Source of the DNA: Mobula hypostoma
Taxonomy: Eukaryota
Reading direction: 5' to 3'
Length of the DNA stretch: 64,000 nt
Assembly (NCBI RefSeq): GCF_963921235.1
Contig: NC_086101.1
Coordinates: 14,570,001 to 14,634,000, forward strand
Below, piece by piece: positions 47,490 through 61,439 of this stretch (the stretch's first letter is position 1; every line of letters starts with the position of its first letter). The notes beneath the pieces were generated by a model. That model did not search any database. It was not told the origin of the DNA and was given only the letters and a program-made list of their open reading frames with translations. A program made the translations under genes and the position numbers.

Positions 47490-50400
47490 GGTCACAAGAT
47501 CACAAGACAAAGGAGCAGAAGTAGGCCATTCGGCCCATCGAGTCTTCTCCGCCACTCCACCATGAGCTAACTATTCTCCCATCTTCTTCCAATTTCCAGC
47601 TTTTTCCCAATATCCCTTGATGCCCTGACTAATTAGATACCTATCAATCTCCTCCTTAAACACCCTCAGTGATCGGGCCTCCACAGCTGTATGTGTCAAT
47701 GAATTCCATAAATCCACGACCCTCTGGCTAAAAAAAATTCCCCTCATCTCTGTTTTAAATGGGTACCCTCTAATTCTAGGACTGTGGCCTCTTGTCCTGG
47801 ACTCACCCACCAAGGGAAACAGACTTTCCACATCTACTCTGTCCAAACATTTCAGCATTCGAAATGTTTCTATGAGATCCCCTCTCATTTTTCTATACTC
47901 TAATGAATACAATCCAAGAGCCGACAAACGCTCCTCATGTTAGCCCCTGCATTCCAGGAATCATCCTCGTAAACCTTCTCTGAACTCTCTCCAACATCAA
48001 TACATCCCTTCTAAGATAGGGGGCCCAAAGCTGCACACAGTATTCCAAATGAGGTCTCACCAGTGCCCCATAGAGCCTCATCAACACCTCCTTACTCTAA
48101 TACACTATTCCTCTTGAAATGAATGCCAACATAGCATTTGCTTTCCTTACTGCCGATCCAACCTGGTGGTTAACCTTTAGGGAATCCTGCACGAGGATCC
48201 CCAAGTCCCTTTGCACTTCCGATTATTGAATTTTCTTCCCATCTAAATAATAACCTGCCCAATCATTTCTTTTTCCAAAATGTACAGCTGTACAATTCTC
48301 AAAATTGTAAATCATCTGCCATTTCTTTGCCCACTCTCCTAAACTGACCAAGTCCCTCTGCAACCTTTCCTTTTCTTCAACACTTCCTGCTCCTCCACCT
48401 ATCTTGGTGTCATACGCAAACTTAGTCACAAAACCATCTAATCCATAATCTATATCATCGATATACAATGTAAAAAGAAGCGGCCCCAACACCGACCCCT
48501 GCGGAACACCACTAGTAACCGGCAACCAACCAGAATAGGATCCCTTTATTCCCACCCGTTGCTTTCTGCCTATCAGCCAATGCTCCACCCATTCCAATAT
48601 CTTTCCTGTAATTCCGTGGGCTCTCATCTTATTAAGCAGCCTCTTATGCGGCACCTTATCGAAGGCCCTTTGAAAATCCAAATACACAACATCCACAGCC
48701 TCTCCCTTGTCAATCTTATTTGAGATTACCTCAAAAAATTCCAATAGATGGTGAGGCAGGATCTTCCCTTCATGAAACCATGCTGGCTTGGGCCTATCTT
48801 GTCATGCACCTCGAGGTATTTCATAACCTCGTCCTTGAGGATCGACTCCAATAACTTTCCAACTACCGATGTCAGACTAATAGATCTGTAATTTTCTTTT
48901 TGCTGCCTCCCTCCTTTTTTAAACAGTGGAACTACATTTGCGACCTTTCAGTCCTCCGGAACCATGCCAGAGTCCATTGATTCCTGGAAGACCATTTCCA
49001 ATACCTCTACAATCTCCAAAACCACCTCCTTCAGAACCCGTGGGTGCACCTCATCCGGTCCAGGAGGCTTAATAAATATTAGTCCATTTAACTTCCCAAG
49101 CACTTTCCCTCTAGTAATCTTGACTGTACCTAATTCTATTCCCTGAGACCTCTGGCTATCAGGTCTGTTGCTAATGTCTTCCACTGTGAAGACTGATGCA
49201 AAATACTCATTTAGTTCCTCTGCCATCTCTTTGTTACCCATTATAGTTTCTCCAGCATAATTTTCAATCGGTCCTATATCTACCTGTGTCAATCTTTTAC
49301 TCTTCATATATTTTTTAAAAACTCTTAGTATCTTTTTTAATGTTCATTGCAAACTTCCTTTCATAATTCATCTTTTCTTTCCTAATGACTTTCTTAGTTT
49401 CCTTCTGTAAGTTTTAAAAAATTAGTCCTGTTTTTCCACTAATTTTTGCTTCCTTGCACGCCGTCTCTTTTGTTTTTATTTTAGCCTTAACCTCTCTCGT
49501 TAGCCACATTTGTGCCATTTTTCCATTCATAATTTTCTTTTTTCTTGGAATATATTTTTCCTGCACTTTCTTTATTTCTTGTAGGAATTTCATCCAATTC
49601 TGCTCTAACGTCCCTCCATCTAGCTTACTTTTCCAATCGACTTGGGCCAGTTCCTCTCTCATCACTGTAATTTCCTTTGTTCCACTGAAATATCGATACA
49701 CCTGATACCAGCTTCTCCTTTTCAAATTTGAAACTGAACTCAATCATAATATGATCACTTCTTCCAAGAGGTTCCTTTACCTCCAGCTCCCTAATCGCCT
49801 CAGGTTCATTACACAGCACCCAAACCAAAACATCTGGTCCCCTGGTGGGCTTATTGACAAGCTGCTCGAAAAAGCCATCCGGTAGGCACCCTACAAACTC
49901 CCTTTCTTGAGATCCAGTACCTTCCTGACTTTCCCAATCCACTTTCATATTAAAATCCCCCATAATTATCTTGACATTTTCCTTCCGACACGCTTTTTCT
50001 ATTTCCATCTGTAACTTGTAGTCCACATCCCGGCTGCTGTTTGGAGGCCTGTATATAACTGCAATTAATGTCTTTTTACCCTTTTTACAACTCGACCCAT
50101 ATGGATTCTACCTTTTCTGATCCTATGTCCCTTGTTTCTAGTGATTTGATATCGTTGCTTAAATCAGGGCCACGCCAGCCACTTAACCTACCTTCCTATC
50201 TTTCCTATACATTGTCTATCCTTGGACATTAAGCTCCCAATCACTTCCATTATTTAGCCATGACTCGGTGGTGGCCACGATGTCATATCTTTTAACCTGT
50301 AGCTGTACAAATATCTATTAACCTGTAGCTGTACAACAACGTCATCCACTTTATTTCTAAAGCTGCGTGCATTTAAGTACAGTACATTTAGATCAGTATC

Positions 50401-51650
50401 TGTTACCGATTTTGCTATATTTCTATCGCACAGCAAATTATCCTGTATATTCACCTGCCTGTCCTTCTTGCCATCCTTGCTGCACAGTATCTTTGACATT
50501 TCTATTTTCCTCTTCCTCGACCCTAACACCCTGATTTACTGCCCCTTGCCAACTTAGTTTAACCCCCCCCCCCCCCAAACAGCTATATTAAACAATCCCA
50601 CCAGGATATTAGTACCCTTTGAGTTCAGGTGTAACCCATCGTTTTTGTATAAGTCATACCTTCCCCAAAAAAGATCCCAATGATCCAAGAATTTGAAGCC
50701 CTGCCCCCTGCACCAGTTACTTAGCCACGCATTCATCTGCTTAATTCTGCTATTCTTACCTTCATTAGCTCTTGGGTCAAGCAGTAATCCTGAGATTATT
50801 ACTCTGGAGGTCCGGCTTTTCAATTTTCCTCCTAACTCCCAGTAATCTTCCTTCAGGACCTCCTCTCTTTTTCTGTCTATGCCATTGGTGCCAACATGTA
50901 CCAAGACTTCTGCTGCTCGCTCTCTCTCCTCAGAATACTCTGGACCCGATCTGAGACATCCCAAACCCTGGCACCAGGGAAGCAACACACCATCCGGGTA
51001 TCCTTGTCCAGCTTGCAGAATCCTTTGTCTGTTCCCCTCACTATGGAATCCCCTATAACTACTGCATTTCTCCTTGCTCTCTTAATCACGGCACTGGGCA
51101 GAGTGCCAGAGTCCCGTTCGCTGTGGTCTTCCTCCGTCAGGTCAACCTCTCCAACAGTATCTAAAACGATATATCGATTTCTGAGGGGGACTGTCACATA
51201 GGTGCTGTCCACTATCTCTTAATAGGTATTATCAATCACCTCCTCACTCTCCCTAAACAGCTGAAGGTCATCAAGTTGCAGCTCCAGACCCCTAACACGG
51301 TCCTTAAGGAGCCTCATCTCAATGCACCTGGTGCAGATGTAATCCTTGGGGAAGCTGGGAGTCTCCAAGCACAACACTCCAAGCACAACACTAATCCTAG
51401 ATGCATACCTCTAATGCTACTGTTATTACTAAATAAATAAACCTGTAACTTACCCTTTTACTATGAGACTCAACGGTCGCAGGAAGCCTCTTCCCGTTTC
51501 CGCCTAAGCCCTATCACTCTGCACCCCCTCACTCCGCTGCCCGCTGGATATGTCGGTGTTCTTTTTTAAGCCTACCGCGCTCTGAGTTCACGCGCCTGCG
51601 CAGACCCGGCCTTACCTCACTGGGATCAAGCTCGTCCTCAGCCTCTGCTT
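47490..51650 (-). mobile_element. Near full-length CR1 LINE (ORF1 zinc finger plus SGNH esterase; ORF2 APE-RT), degraded
   Basis: GDSIVRG/VHVGTN/DGLHLN (50554-51212); YLNARS (about 50350); MGDFN...GRSDH (49625-50026); RT 48223-48744; (TCTTGTGA)n tail near 47490-47505. Confidence 0.92.
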
Positions 51651-51744
51651 GCCGAAGCCTCTCGAGCCAAAGCCTTCCTACTCTGTCTCCCACTACCCCG
51701 AGTCATTGTTGAGAGTCATTGTATATGATATCCTGACAATTTTT

Positions 51745-53375
51745 TTTTTGACAGTTGAATGCCCCAGTGCAATTTGGAAAGCATCAAGTTGGGTAAGTCT
51801 CCGGGACCAGAAGAGATGTAGCACAGGCTACTGTGGGAGGTGAGGAGGGAGATTGCTGAGCCTCTGGCAATGATCTTTGCATCATCAATAGGGACGGGAG
51901 AGGTTTCAGAGGATTGGAGTGTTGCAGATGTCGTTCCCTTATTCAAAAAAGGGAATAGAAATAGCCTAGGAAATTATAGACCAGTGAGTCTTACTTCAGT
52001 GGTTGGTAAGTTGATGAAAAAGATCTTGAGAAGCGTGATTTATGAACATTTGGAGAGGCATAATATGATTCGCAATAGTCAACATGGCTTTGTGAAAGGT
52101 AGGTCGTGCCTTACGAGCTTGATTGAATTTTTTGAGGATGTGACTAAACACATTGATGAAGGTAGAGCAATCGTTGTAGTGTATATAGATTTCAGCAAGG
52201 CATTTGATAACGTACCCAATGCCAGGCTTATTGAGAAAGTAAGGAAGCATGGGATCCAAGGGGACGTTGCTTTGTGGATCCAGAATTGGTTTGCCCACAG
52301 AAGGCAAAAAATGGCTGTAGACGGGTCATATTCTTCATGGAGGTCGGTGACCAGTAGTGTGCCTCAGGGAACTGTACTGGGACCCCTTCTTTTCGTGATT
52401 TTTATAAATGACCTGAATTGGGAAATGGGGGGATGGGTTAAATTTGGTGATCACACATAGGTTGGTGGGGGGGCGGGGATGTTGTGGATAGTGTGGAGGG
52501 CTGTCAGAGGTTACAACGGGACATTGATAGGATGCAAAACTGGCCTGAGAAGCGGCAGATGGAGTTCAACCCAGATAAGTTGAGGTCGTTCATTTTGACA
52601 GGTCAAATATGATGGCAGAATATAGTATTAATGGTAAGACTCTTGCCAGTGTGGAGGATCAGAGGGATCTTGGGGTCCGAGTCCATAGGACACTCAAAGC
52701 TGCTACGCAGGTTGACTCTGTGGTTAAGAAGGCATACGGTGTTTTGGCCTTCAACAATCGTGAGACTGAGTTTAAGAGCCGAGAGGTAATGTTGCAGCTA
52801 TATAGGACCCTGGTCAGACCCCACTTGGAGTACTGTGTTCAGTTCTGGTCACCTCACCACAGGAAGGATGTGAAAACTATAGAAAGGTGCAGAAGAGATT
52901 TACAAGGATGTTGCCTGGATTGGCGGGGCACGGGGGGGGGGGGGGGGTATGCCTTATGAGATTGGGTTGAGTGAAATCGGCCTTTTCTCCTCGGAGCGAC
53001 GGCGGATGAGATGTGACCTGATAGAGGTGTATAAGATGATGAGAGGCATTGATCGTGTTGATAGTCAGAGGCTTTTTCCCAGGGCTGAAATGGCTAACAC
53101 GAGAGTGCACAGTTTTAAGGTGCTTGAAAGTAGGTAGAGAGGAGATATCAGGGGGATGTATTTTACGGAGAGAGTGATGAGTGCGTGGAATGGGCTGCCG
53201 GCGACGGTGGTGGAGGCGGATATGATAGGTTCCTTTAAGAGACTCCTGGATAGGTACATGGAGCTTAGAAAAATAGATGGCTACGGGTAACCTTAGGTAA
53301 AAACGTCAAGTAAGTATTTGTTTGGCACAGTTTTGTGGGCCGAAGAGCCTGTTTTGAGCTTTAGGTTTTCTATGT
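51745..53375 (+). mobile_element. CR1 LINE, 5'-truncated, degraded
   Basis: [31 protein letters not shown] (ORF 51840-52460); 3' end (TTTTCTATG). Confidence 0.92.
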
Positions 53376-54239
53376 TTTAATGTTTCCATTTGTTGCTAGC
53401 TTGACGCTCAACCCAGTATCGATGGAAAGTCAGTCATATTCGAACCCGAGACTACTTGTCTAAAAATCTGGTGCTAATGTCACTACACCACCGGCCAGCA
53501 ATAGCAGCACCTATATTGGGAAATAAACAGTCCACATTCCGGCCGAAACTCTTCAACAGTATAGGGAGAGATGGGTGCAGAAGGTAGAATAAGCAGGCAG
53601 GGGAGTGGCGGGGATGCAATCTGGCGAAATCAGGTGAGGGGAGAACTTTTGGGTAGGGCATGATGTAAGAGGCGGGGACAGGTTGAAATGAGGAAGAGGT
53701 AAAGATCTGAAGCTGTCGAGAAGAGCGAACCATGGAATGAAAGGAAGGAGAGGATCCAGAAGGAGGTGATGATGATTTTCGGAAGTAAACAAGTTATATC
53801 AAATACTTATTTATCATTCGACAGCATATTCAATTTGCTACACTCGACTAAGTTTTTGGTCCACTGACCCTGGTTAGGAGCTGAACTGCGAAACAGGATG
53901 AAGGTAAAGCTGAGAATTCTACCGTTTGCCGCATTGTGTTGAAAGCATGCTGTTGACACTAATTGCTCATTGAAGTGTATAATCTACATCATATCAAGTG
54001 CTCTTCAGATAATTCCTAATTATACTGAGCGTCTCTAGCTCTACCACTCTTACAGACAATAATTTGTAGACAGCCCCCTCCCCGCTTAACTTTCCAATAA
54101 AATATCTATTAGAATATATAAATATCTGTCAAGAATGGATACCTCTGCTCAAAAACATAGAACAGTATAGCACAGGAAAATGCCCTTCACCCATAATATT
54201 GTACTGAACGAACTGAATTGGTAACAGAGCAATTCTTGT

Positions 54240-54566
54240 GTTCGTCCAACGTCGACGTCGATGAGGACCTCGACACCATTGGTGTCGAGACTAGCGCGTG
54301 GTTTGGATTTAAGTGAGGGAGAGTTGCGTAGCGTCAGCCTCACTCTCTTTTCCCAATTCCCATCTGGATCCAGTGGCAAGACAGAGTCGAGACGGCTGGA
54401 GATGGTAGTAGGGACGGTGGATGATCGGGACGCCTTCTGTGTCTTGTCCTGCTCTACACGTTCCACGACGCTTGCAGAGACCACCTTCTTGACCGTTGGA
54501 CCCTCTCAATCCGTCTCGTCCGCTCAGTCCGCCGGAGTCTGTCTTCAGATGCTGGGATAGACAAGC
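54240..54566 (-). mobile_element. Short retroposon with GAC-rich tail (SINE/RTE-like), unclassified
   Basis: Minus strand ends ...GGTCCTCATCGACGTCGACGTTGGACG, similar in style to the 17326 tail; no clear TSD. Confidence 0.35.
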
Positions 54567-54769
54567 AAATTGTAACATATAGCTCATAACAAACTTCTCT
54601 TGGAATGATGTGTTCCTGTGGCTGAGTGATCCACCGGCCTGGACATTATGGCGGTCCAAGCGTTTAAAGGACATTTCAGGTACTAGATTCTAGAGTGTGC
54701 TGGAATCTGAGCAGTCCTGGCCCCTGGGTGATCATGCAACAGAGGCAGACATGGCCCGTGGCTTTATGT

Positions 54770-57700
54770 CGAAACCACGACTGATGTCATTGGAGTTAAG
54801 AGCTGTAGGGCAAGGAAGAGGAGGGCAGTTGTGATAGGGGACTCGATAGTAAGGGGGTCAGATAGGCGATTCTGTGGATGCAGTCCAGAGAACCGGATGG
54901 TAGATTGCCTCCCTGGTGCCAGGGTCCGGGATATTTCTGATCGTGTCCAAGAAATCCTGAAGTGGGAGGGTGAGGAGCCAGAGGTCGTGGTACATATAGG
55001 TACCAATGACATAGCTACGAAAAGGGATGAGGTCCTGAAAGGAGAATATTGGGAGCTAGGAAGGGAGTTGAGAAAAAGGACCGCAAAGGTAGTAATCTCG
55101 GGATTACTGCCTGTGCCACGCGACAGTGAGAGTAGGAATGCGATGAGGTGGAGGATAAATGCGTGGCTGAGGGATTGGAGCAGGTGGCAGGGATTCAAGT
55201 TTTTGGATCATTGGGACCTCTTTTGGCGCAGGCGTGACCTGTACAAAAAGGACGGGTTACACTTGAATCCTTGGGGGACCAATATCCTGGCAGGGAGATT
55301 AGCGGGGGCTACTGAGGTGACTTTAAACTAGAATGGTTGGGGGGTGGGAATCAAATTAAAGAGGCTAGGCGTGAGGAGGTTAGTTCACGACAGAGGGATG
55401 GGAACCAGTGCAGAGAGACAGAGGGGTGTAAAGTGAGGGTAGAAGCAAAAAGTACAAAGGAGAAAAGTAAAAGTGGCAGGCCGACAAATCCAGGGCAAGC
55501 ATTAAAAAGGGCCACTTTTCAACATAATTGTATAAGGGCTAAGAGAGTTGTAAAAGAGCGCCTGAAGGCTTTATGTGTCAATGCAAGGAGCATTCGTAAT
55601 AAGGTGGATGAATTGAAAGTGCAGATTGTTATTAATGATTATGATATAGTTGGGATCACAGAGACATGGCTCCAGAGTGACCAGGGATGGGAGTTCAACG
55701 TTCAGGGATATTCAATATTCAGGAGGGATAGACATGAAGGAAGGGGAGGTGGGGTGGTGTTGCTGGTTAAAGAAGAGATTAATGCAATAGAAAGGAAGGA
55801 CATAAGCCGGGAAGATGTGGAATCAATATGGGTAGAGCTGCGTAACACCAAGGGGCAGAAGACGCTGGTGGGAGTTGTGTACAGGCCAGCTAACAGTAGT
55901 AGTGAGGTCGGAGATGGTATTAAACAGGAAATTAGAAATGTGTGCAATAAAAGAACAGCAGTTATAATGGGTGACTTCAATCTACATGTAGACTGGGTGA
56001 ACCAAATTGGTAAAGGTGCTGAGGAAGAGGATTTCTTGGAATATATGCGGGATGGTTTTTTGAACCAACATGTCGAGGAACCAACTAGAGAGCAGGCTAT
56101 TCTGGACTGGGTTTTGAGCAATGAGGAAGGGTTAATTAGCGATCTTGTCGTGAGAGGCCCCTTGGGTAAGAGTGACCATAATATGGTGGAATTCTTCATT
56201 AAGATGGAGAGTGAGATAGTTAATTCAGAAACAAAGGTTCTGAACTTAAAGAGGGGTAACTTTGAAGGTATGAGACGTGAATTAGCTAAGATAGACTGGC
56301 AAATGACACTTAAAGGATTGACGGTGGATATGCAACGGCAAGCATTTAAAGGTTGCATGGATGAACTACAACAATTGTTCATCCCAGTTTGGCAAAAGAA
56401 TAAATCAAGGAAGGTAGTGCACCCGTGGCTGACAAGAGAAATTAGGGATAGTATCAATTCCAAAGAAGAAGCATACAAATTAGCCAGAAAAAGTGGCTCA
56501 CCTGAGGACTGGGAGAAATTCAGAGTTCAGCAGAGGAGGACAAAGGGCTTAATTAGGAAGGGGAAAAAAGATTATGAGAGAAAACTGGCAGGGAACATAA
56601 AAACGGACTGTAAAAGCTTTGATAGATATGTAAAAAGGAAAAGACTGGTAAAGACAAATGTAGGTCCCCTGCAGACAGAAACAGGTGAATTGATTATGGG
56701 GAGCAAGGACATGGCAGACCAATTGAATAATTACTTTGGTTCTGTCTTCACTAAGGAGGACATAAATAATCTTCCAGAAATAGTAAGAGACAGAGGGTCC
56801 AGTGAGATGGAGGAACTGAGCGAAATACATGTTAGTAGGGAAGTGGTGTTAGGTAAATTGAAGGGATTGAAGGCAGATAAATCCCCAGGGCCAGATGGTC
56901 TGCATCCTAGAGTGCTTAAAGAAGTAGCCCAAGAAATAGTGGATGCATTAGTGATAATTTTTCAAAACTCGTTAAATTCTGGACTAGTTCCTGAGGATTG
57001 CAGGGTGGCTAATGTAACCCCACTTTTTAAAAAAGGAGGGAGAGAGAAACCGGGGAATTATAGACCGGTTAGCCTAACGTCGGTGGTGGGGAAACTGCTG
57101 GAGTCAGTTTTCAAGGATGTGATAACAGCACATTTGGAAAGCGGTGAAATGATCGGACAAAGTCAGCATGGATTTGTGAAAGGAAAATCATGTCTGACGA
57201 ATCTCATAGAATTTTTTGAGGATGTAACTAGTAGAGTGGATAGGGGAGAACCAGTGGATGTGGTATATTTGGATTTTCAAAAGGCTTTTGACAAGGTCCC
57301 ACACAGGAGATTAGTGTGCAAACTTAAAGCACACGGTATTGGGGGTAAGGTATTGGTGTGGGTGGAGAATTGGTTAGCAGACAGGAAGCAAAGAGTGGGA
57401 ATAAACGGGACCTTTTCAGAATGGCAGGCGGTGACTAGTGGGGTACCGCAAGGCTCAGTGCTGGGACCCCAGTTGTTTACAATATATATTAATGACTTGG
57501 ATGAGGGAATTAAATGCAGCATCTCCAAGTTTGCGGATGACACGAAGCTGGGTGGCAGTGTTAGCAGTGAGGAGAATGCTAAGAGGATGCAGGGTGACTT
57601 GGATAGGTTGGGTGAGTGGGCAAATTCATGGCAGATGCAATTTAATGTGGATAAATGTGAAGTTATCCACTTTGGTGGCAAAAATAGGAAAACCAGATTA

Positions 57701-58468
57701 TTATCTGAATGGTGGCCGATTAGGAAAAGGGGAGGTGCAACGAGACCTGGGTGTCATTATACACCAGTCATTGAAAGTGGGCATGCAGGTACAGCAGGCG
57801 GTGAAAAAGGCGAATGGTATGCTGGCATTTATAGCGAGAGGATTCGAGTACAGGAGCAGGGAGGTACTACTGCAGTTGTACAAGGCCTTGGTGAGACCAC
57901 ACCTGGAGTATTGTGTGCAGTTTTGGTCCCCTAATCTGAGGAAAGACATCTTTGCCATAGAGAGAGTACAAAGAAGGTTCACCAGATTGATTCCAGGGAT
58001 GGCAGGACTTTCATATGAAGAAAGACTGGATGAATTGGGATTGTACTCGTTGGAATTTAGAAGATTGAGGGGAGATCTGATTGAAACGTATAAGATCCTA
58101 AAGGGATTGGACAGGCTGGATGCAGGAAGATTGTTCCCGATGTTGGGGAGGTCCAGAACGAAGGGTCACAGTTTGAGGATAGAGGGGAAGCCTTTTAGGA
58201 CCGAGATTAGGAAAAACTTCTTCACACAGAGAGTGGTGAATCTGTGGAATTCTCTGCCACAGGCAACTGTTGAGGCCAGTTCATTGGCTATATTTAAGAG
58301 GGAGTTAGATATGGCCCTTGTGGCTACGGGGGTCAGGGGGTATGGAGGGAAGGCTGGGGTGGGGTTCTGAGTTGGATGATCAGCCATGATCATAATAAAT
58401 GGCGGTGCAGGCTCGAAGGGCCGAATGGCCTACTCCTGCACCTATTTTCTATGTTTCTATGTTTCTAT
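54770..58468 (+). mobile_element. Young CR1 LINE: ORF1 esterase domain plus ORF2 (APE-RT) with one frameshift
   Basis: ORF1 54831-55331 (GDSIVRG, VHIGTND, DGLHLN); ORF2 open from 55322 to about 57705, then continues in the frame of ORF 57438-58370; (TTCTATGT)n tail at 58447-58468. Confidence 0.96.
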
Positions 58469-58947
58469 TCTGCTGCACTTGATCCACAACTACAGAATTT
58501 TTCACATTAAATAAACCCAGTTTCAGTCTTGACGTTTATACCAACTGTCTCTAGTGACTTCCTATTTAAGAATCCCCATCAGGTAGGAAAAAAAATCCGC
58601 TTACATAACTAGCCATAATTTTGTCAACTAGGCTAGTAGGATTTTAACAGTAATTAGACCAGGGGCGTGCTAACTTTATGCAGAGCATTAGGTGTTCTTT
58701 AGGCCTTTTTTGCTTTTAATCCAAGTTCTCGAAGTTACAATGTCACTTCAATTGCCGTCAGGGATTGCATGACTTTTCAGAGGGAAGTGAAGCTAAAACT
58801 GAGGAACTTTTGATCAGATGAAAATAAATTATCTTGAGCTGTACCTGGTTCCTCTCCTCTCAGCCCTGTGCCTCTATCTGGCTAATGGAAAACTAGACAA
58901 GCACAGACCTCTCAGGGAGCTTTTTAGTCATTAAGTGAAGACGCAAA

Positions 58948-59223
58948 GCACACAAAATGTTGGATGAACTCAGCAGGACAGGTAGCATCTATGGAAAAGA
59001 GTACAGTCGACGTTTCGGGCCGAAACCCTACATCAGGACTGGAAAAACAAGATGAGGAGTCAGAGTGAGAAAGTGGTTCTTCCTTCTCTCCTTTCACTTT
59101 TCTTCTCTAATTCCTCGTCTTTTTTTTCCAGCCCTGATGAAGGGTCTCGGCCCGAAACGTCGACTGTACACTTTTCCATAAACGCTAAATGGCCTGCTGA
59201 GTTCCTTCAGCATTTTGTGTGTG
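58948..59223. mobile_element. Penelope-derived fold-back element with hammerhead motifs on both strands
   Basis: Inverted arms at about 58948-59046 and 59124-59223; plus-strand motif cagccCTGATGAAGGGTCTCGGCCCGAAACGTCgactg (59129-59166); the minus-strand copy has CTGATGT. Confidence 0.8.
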
Positions 59224-61439
59224 TTGCTTGGATTCCCAGCACCAGTACGTTCATTGAAAAGGGTTGTGTTTGATGTAGTTTGTTCAGATGTGGAAAAAAA
59301 GTACAAAAATACTTTAGTGCAACGAAGCCCTATTTAACCTATCTAATTCATTCCGGCGTTTGTGCGTCACAATTAACGCCTCGTACTCCGCTGAATTTGC
59401 CCTATTAGCATTCACGTCCAGCACATTGGCCTTTTATTAAGAGATACAAAGCGGATCACCTGCCGCACCGCCCAGCAACCCAACTATTTTAGCCATAGCC
59501 TAATCACAGGGGACTAACAGTACGCTTTTGAACTGTGGGAGGAAACCGGAGCTACGCTTAATCCCTCGCGCTAACGGGAAGGACCTACAAACGTTCTTAC
59601 AGAAATGCCGAATTGAATTCCGAACTCGGACGGCCCGAGCTGTAATCGCGTCAAACTAACAGCGACGCCACCGTGGTGTCTGTGCTAATTGACCCAACCA
59701 CGCTACATGCTCACTGAATCGTATCATATTGCTTTTCCTTTGGCAAGAAAATTCCTGCTCAATTCCGCACGCGATTAGTAGGTGAATATTTATGACCTCT
59801 ATTTTGAGCTCTTCAGTTACTATATTATTTTGCTTCCGCATTCCTAGTATTAATCTCTCTCGTCATCATGTACCGACTTTTAGCATCCTCTCCCCTGCAG
59901 CAAAGCCCTACTGTCTGCTCATTCTATTTCGACAATTGTTAAAATAAGATGAGCCCTCTCCCATATGACCACAGTGAATATATAAATCCGAACACAGAGT
60001 TTGAATGCCACACAACACATAAATAGACCCGTCGGACACCGAATCCGCACAAATCATCAAACACCATTTGCGCTAATCATTTTTTAAAACACTCTTCGAA
60101 CACTGTAATAAGCCTGCTTCACGTACCCGCACACTAGGTGTAATTTAGATCAGCCAATTAACCTGTCAACTCGCCAGGCCCTTTGTGATGGGGAGGGGAA
60201 ACCGGAGAATCCGGGGGAAACCGGTATGGTCACATGGAAATGAAATGCTGAAGGGGAACATGAGGGGAAACTTTTTTCACCCAGACGGTCGTAAGACCGT
60301 GGAACAAGCTGCCAGCACAAGTAGTGTATGCCAGCTGGGTTTCAACGTTTAAGAGAAGTGTGGATAGGTACATGGACGGAAAGGGTGTGTGTGGTGGGCT
60401 ATGGTCTAACTGCAGGCCGATGTGACGAGGCAGCTGAAATATTCTGTGCTGTACTATATAACTCTATGGAAAAATACAAACTCCAGAGAGCACTAGATGT
60501 GAGAATTGAACCCGGTTTATTGTGAGGTTGCAGCTCATCTAGCTGCAGCCGTGTACTGCTATCTTAAAGGAAGATGCCCCCTGTGGTATTTGAACATGTG
60601 GCCGCAATGTCTAATGCCGGAAATTAGTCCCTGATCCAGGCAATTAACAGCTACGCCACCACTAGCTGTTTTTTTGTTTCGAGTTGCAAGAGTTCACAGT
60701 GGTCATTACATATGTACAAATCTCTCAGTTACTTCAAACAAACGGATTATATTTCAATTTGACCCATCCGATGCTTGAGTTTGTAGTCCACATTTGGCGT
60801 CTCTCATTTCGCTACATTTGGACTTATTAGCATTAACTTCCACCGCAGCTTGCTGTTCTGCTAATTGTCACGTAGTAACGAAGTGGATGTCTAAATTGCT
60901 ATCGGTAGATATAGAGCACTCTTAACTAATCGCAACAGCGATGGGAGGAAGAAACGTCAGAAGACCTTAAGTTGCAGATGACCTGAAGTAAATGCAAAGC
61001 ACATATGAAGAAAATGACAAGTAATATTGTTCCACATTAAATACCGCAGGCAGGGATTTCATTTTCAATCCCCTTGGCTTCAACAAGAAAATGCTGCTGT
61101 GCTATGCTTATGATTGGACGACTGCCTTCTACGTTTAGAAGTAATTTTACCTTTCCATCCCGAGGAGGATGCAGCGAAGATTGAGAAAGTACCCCATCCA
61201 CGTGCTAAAGTATGACTCTTGAAGTAAGTTGGTGGGGTGGGAGGGGGGAGTGGACTGCTTGAATTAACTGCAATATGATCAATATCGCTAAATTACCTTT
61301 GTAGCTGCAAGCCTTGTTGAGACATAGTGGAAACATTGTCGAAAAGTGGTTGCCAGTTCCTTTTTTCGTTAAAAAGGAGGAATTGTGAACTAAATAATTG
61401 TAGTCTGAAAGTGGACAGATGTGCTGGAATCAGTTAGGA

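Noticed and set aside
57706-57934. C-terminal part of the 865-aa ORF as real protein
   Set aside because: Out-of-frame read-through after the CR1 frameshift; the true RT continues in the other frame.
59808-59942. Hydrophobic frame LLYYFASAFLVLISLVIMYRLL as a possible third TM exon
   Set aside because: In-frame stop immediately upstream, only a phase-0 or weak GAG acceptor, and no V exon nearby; likely T-rich chance.
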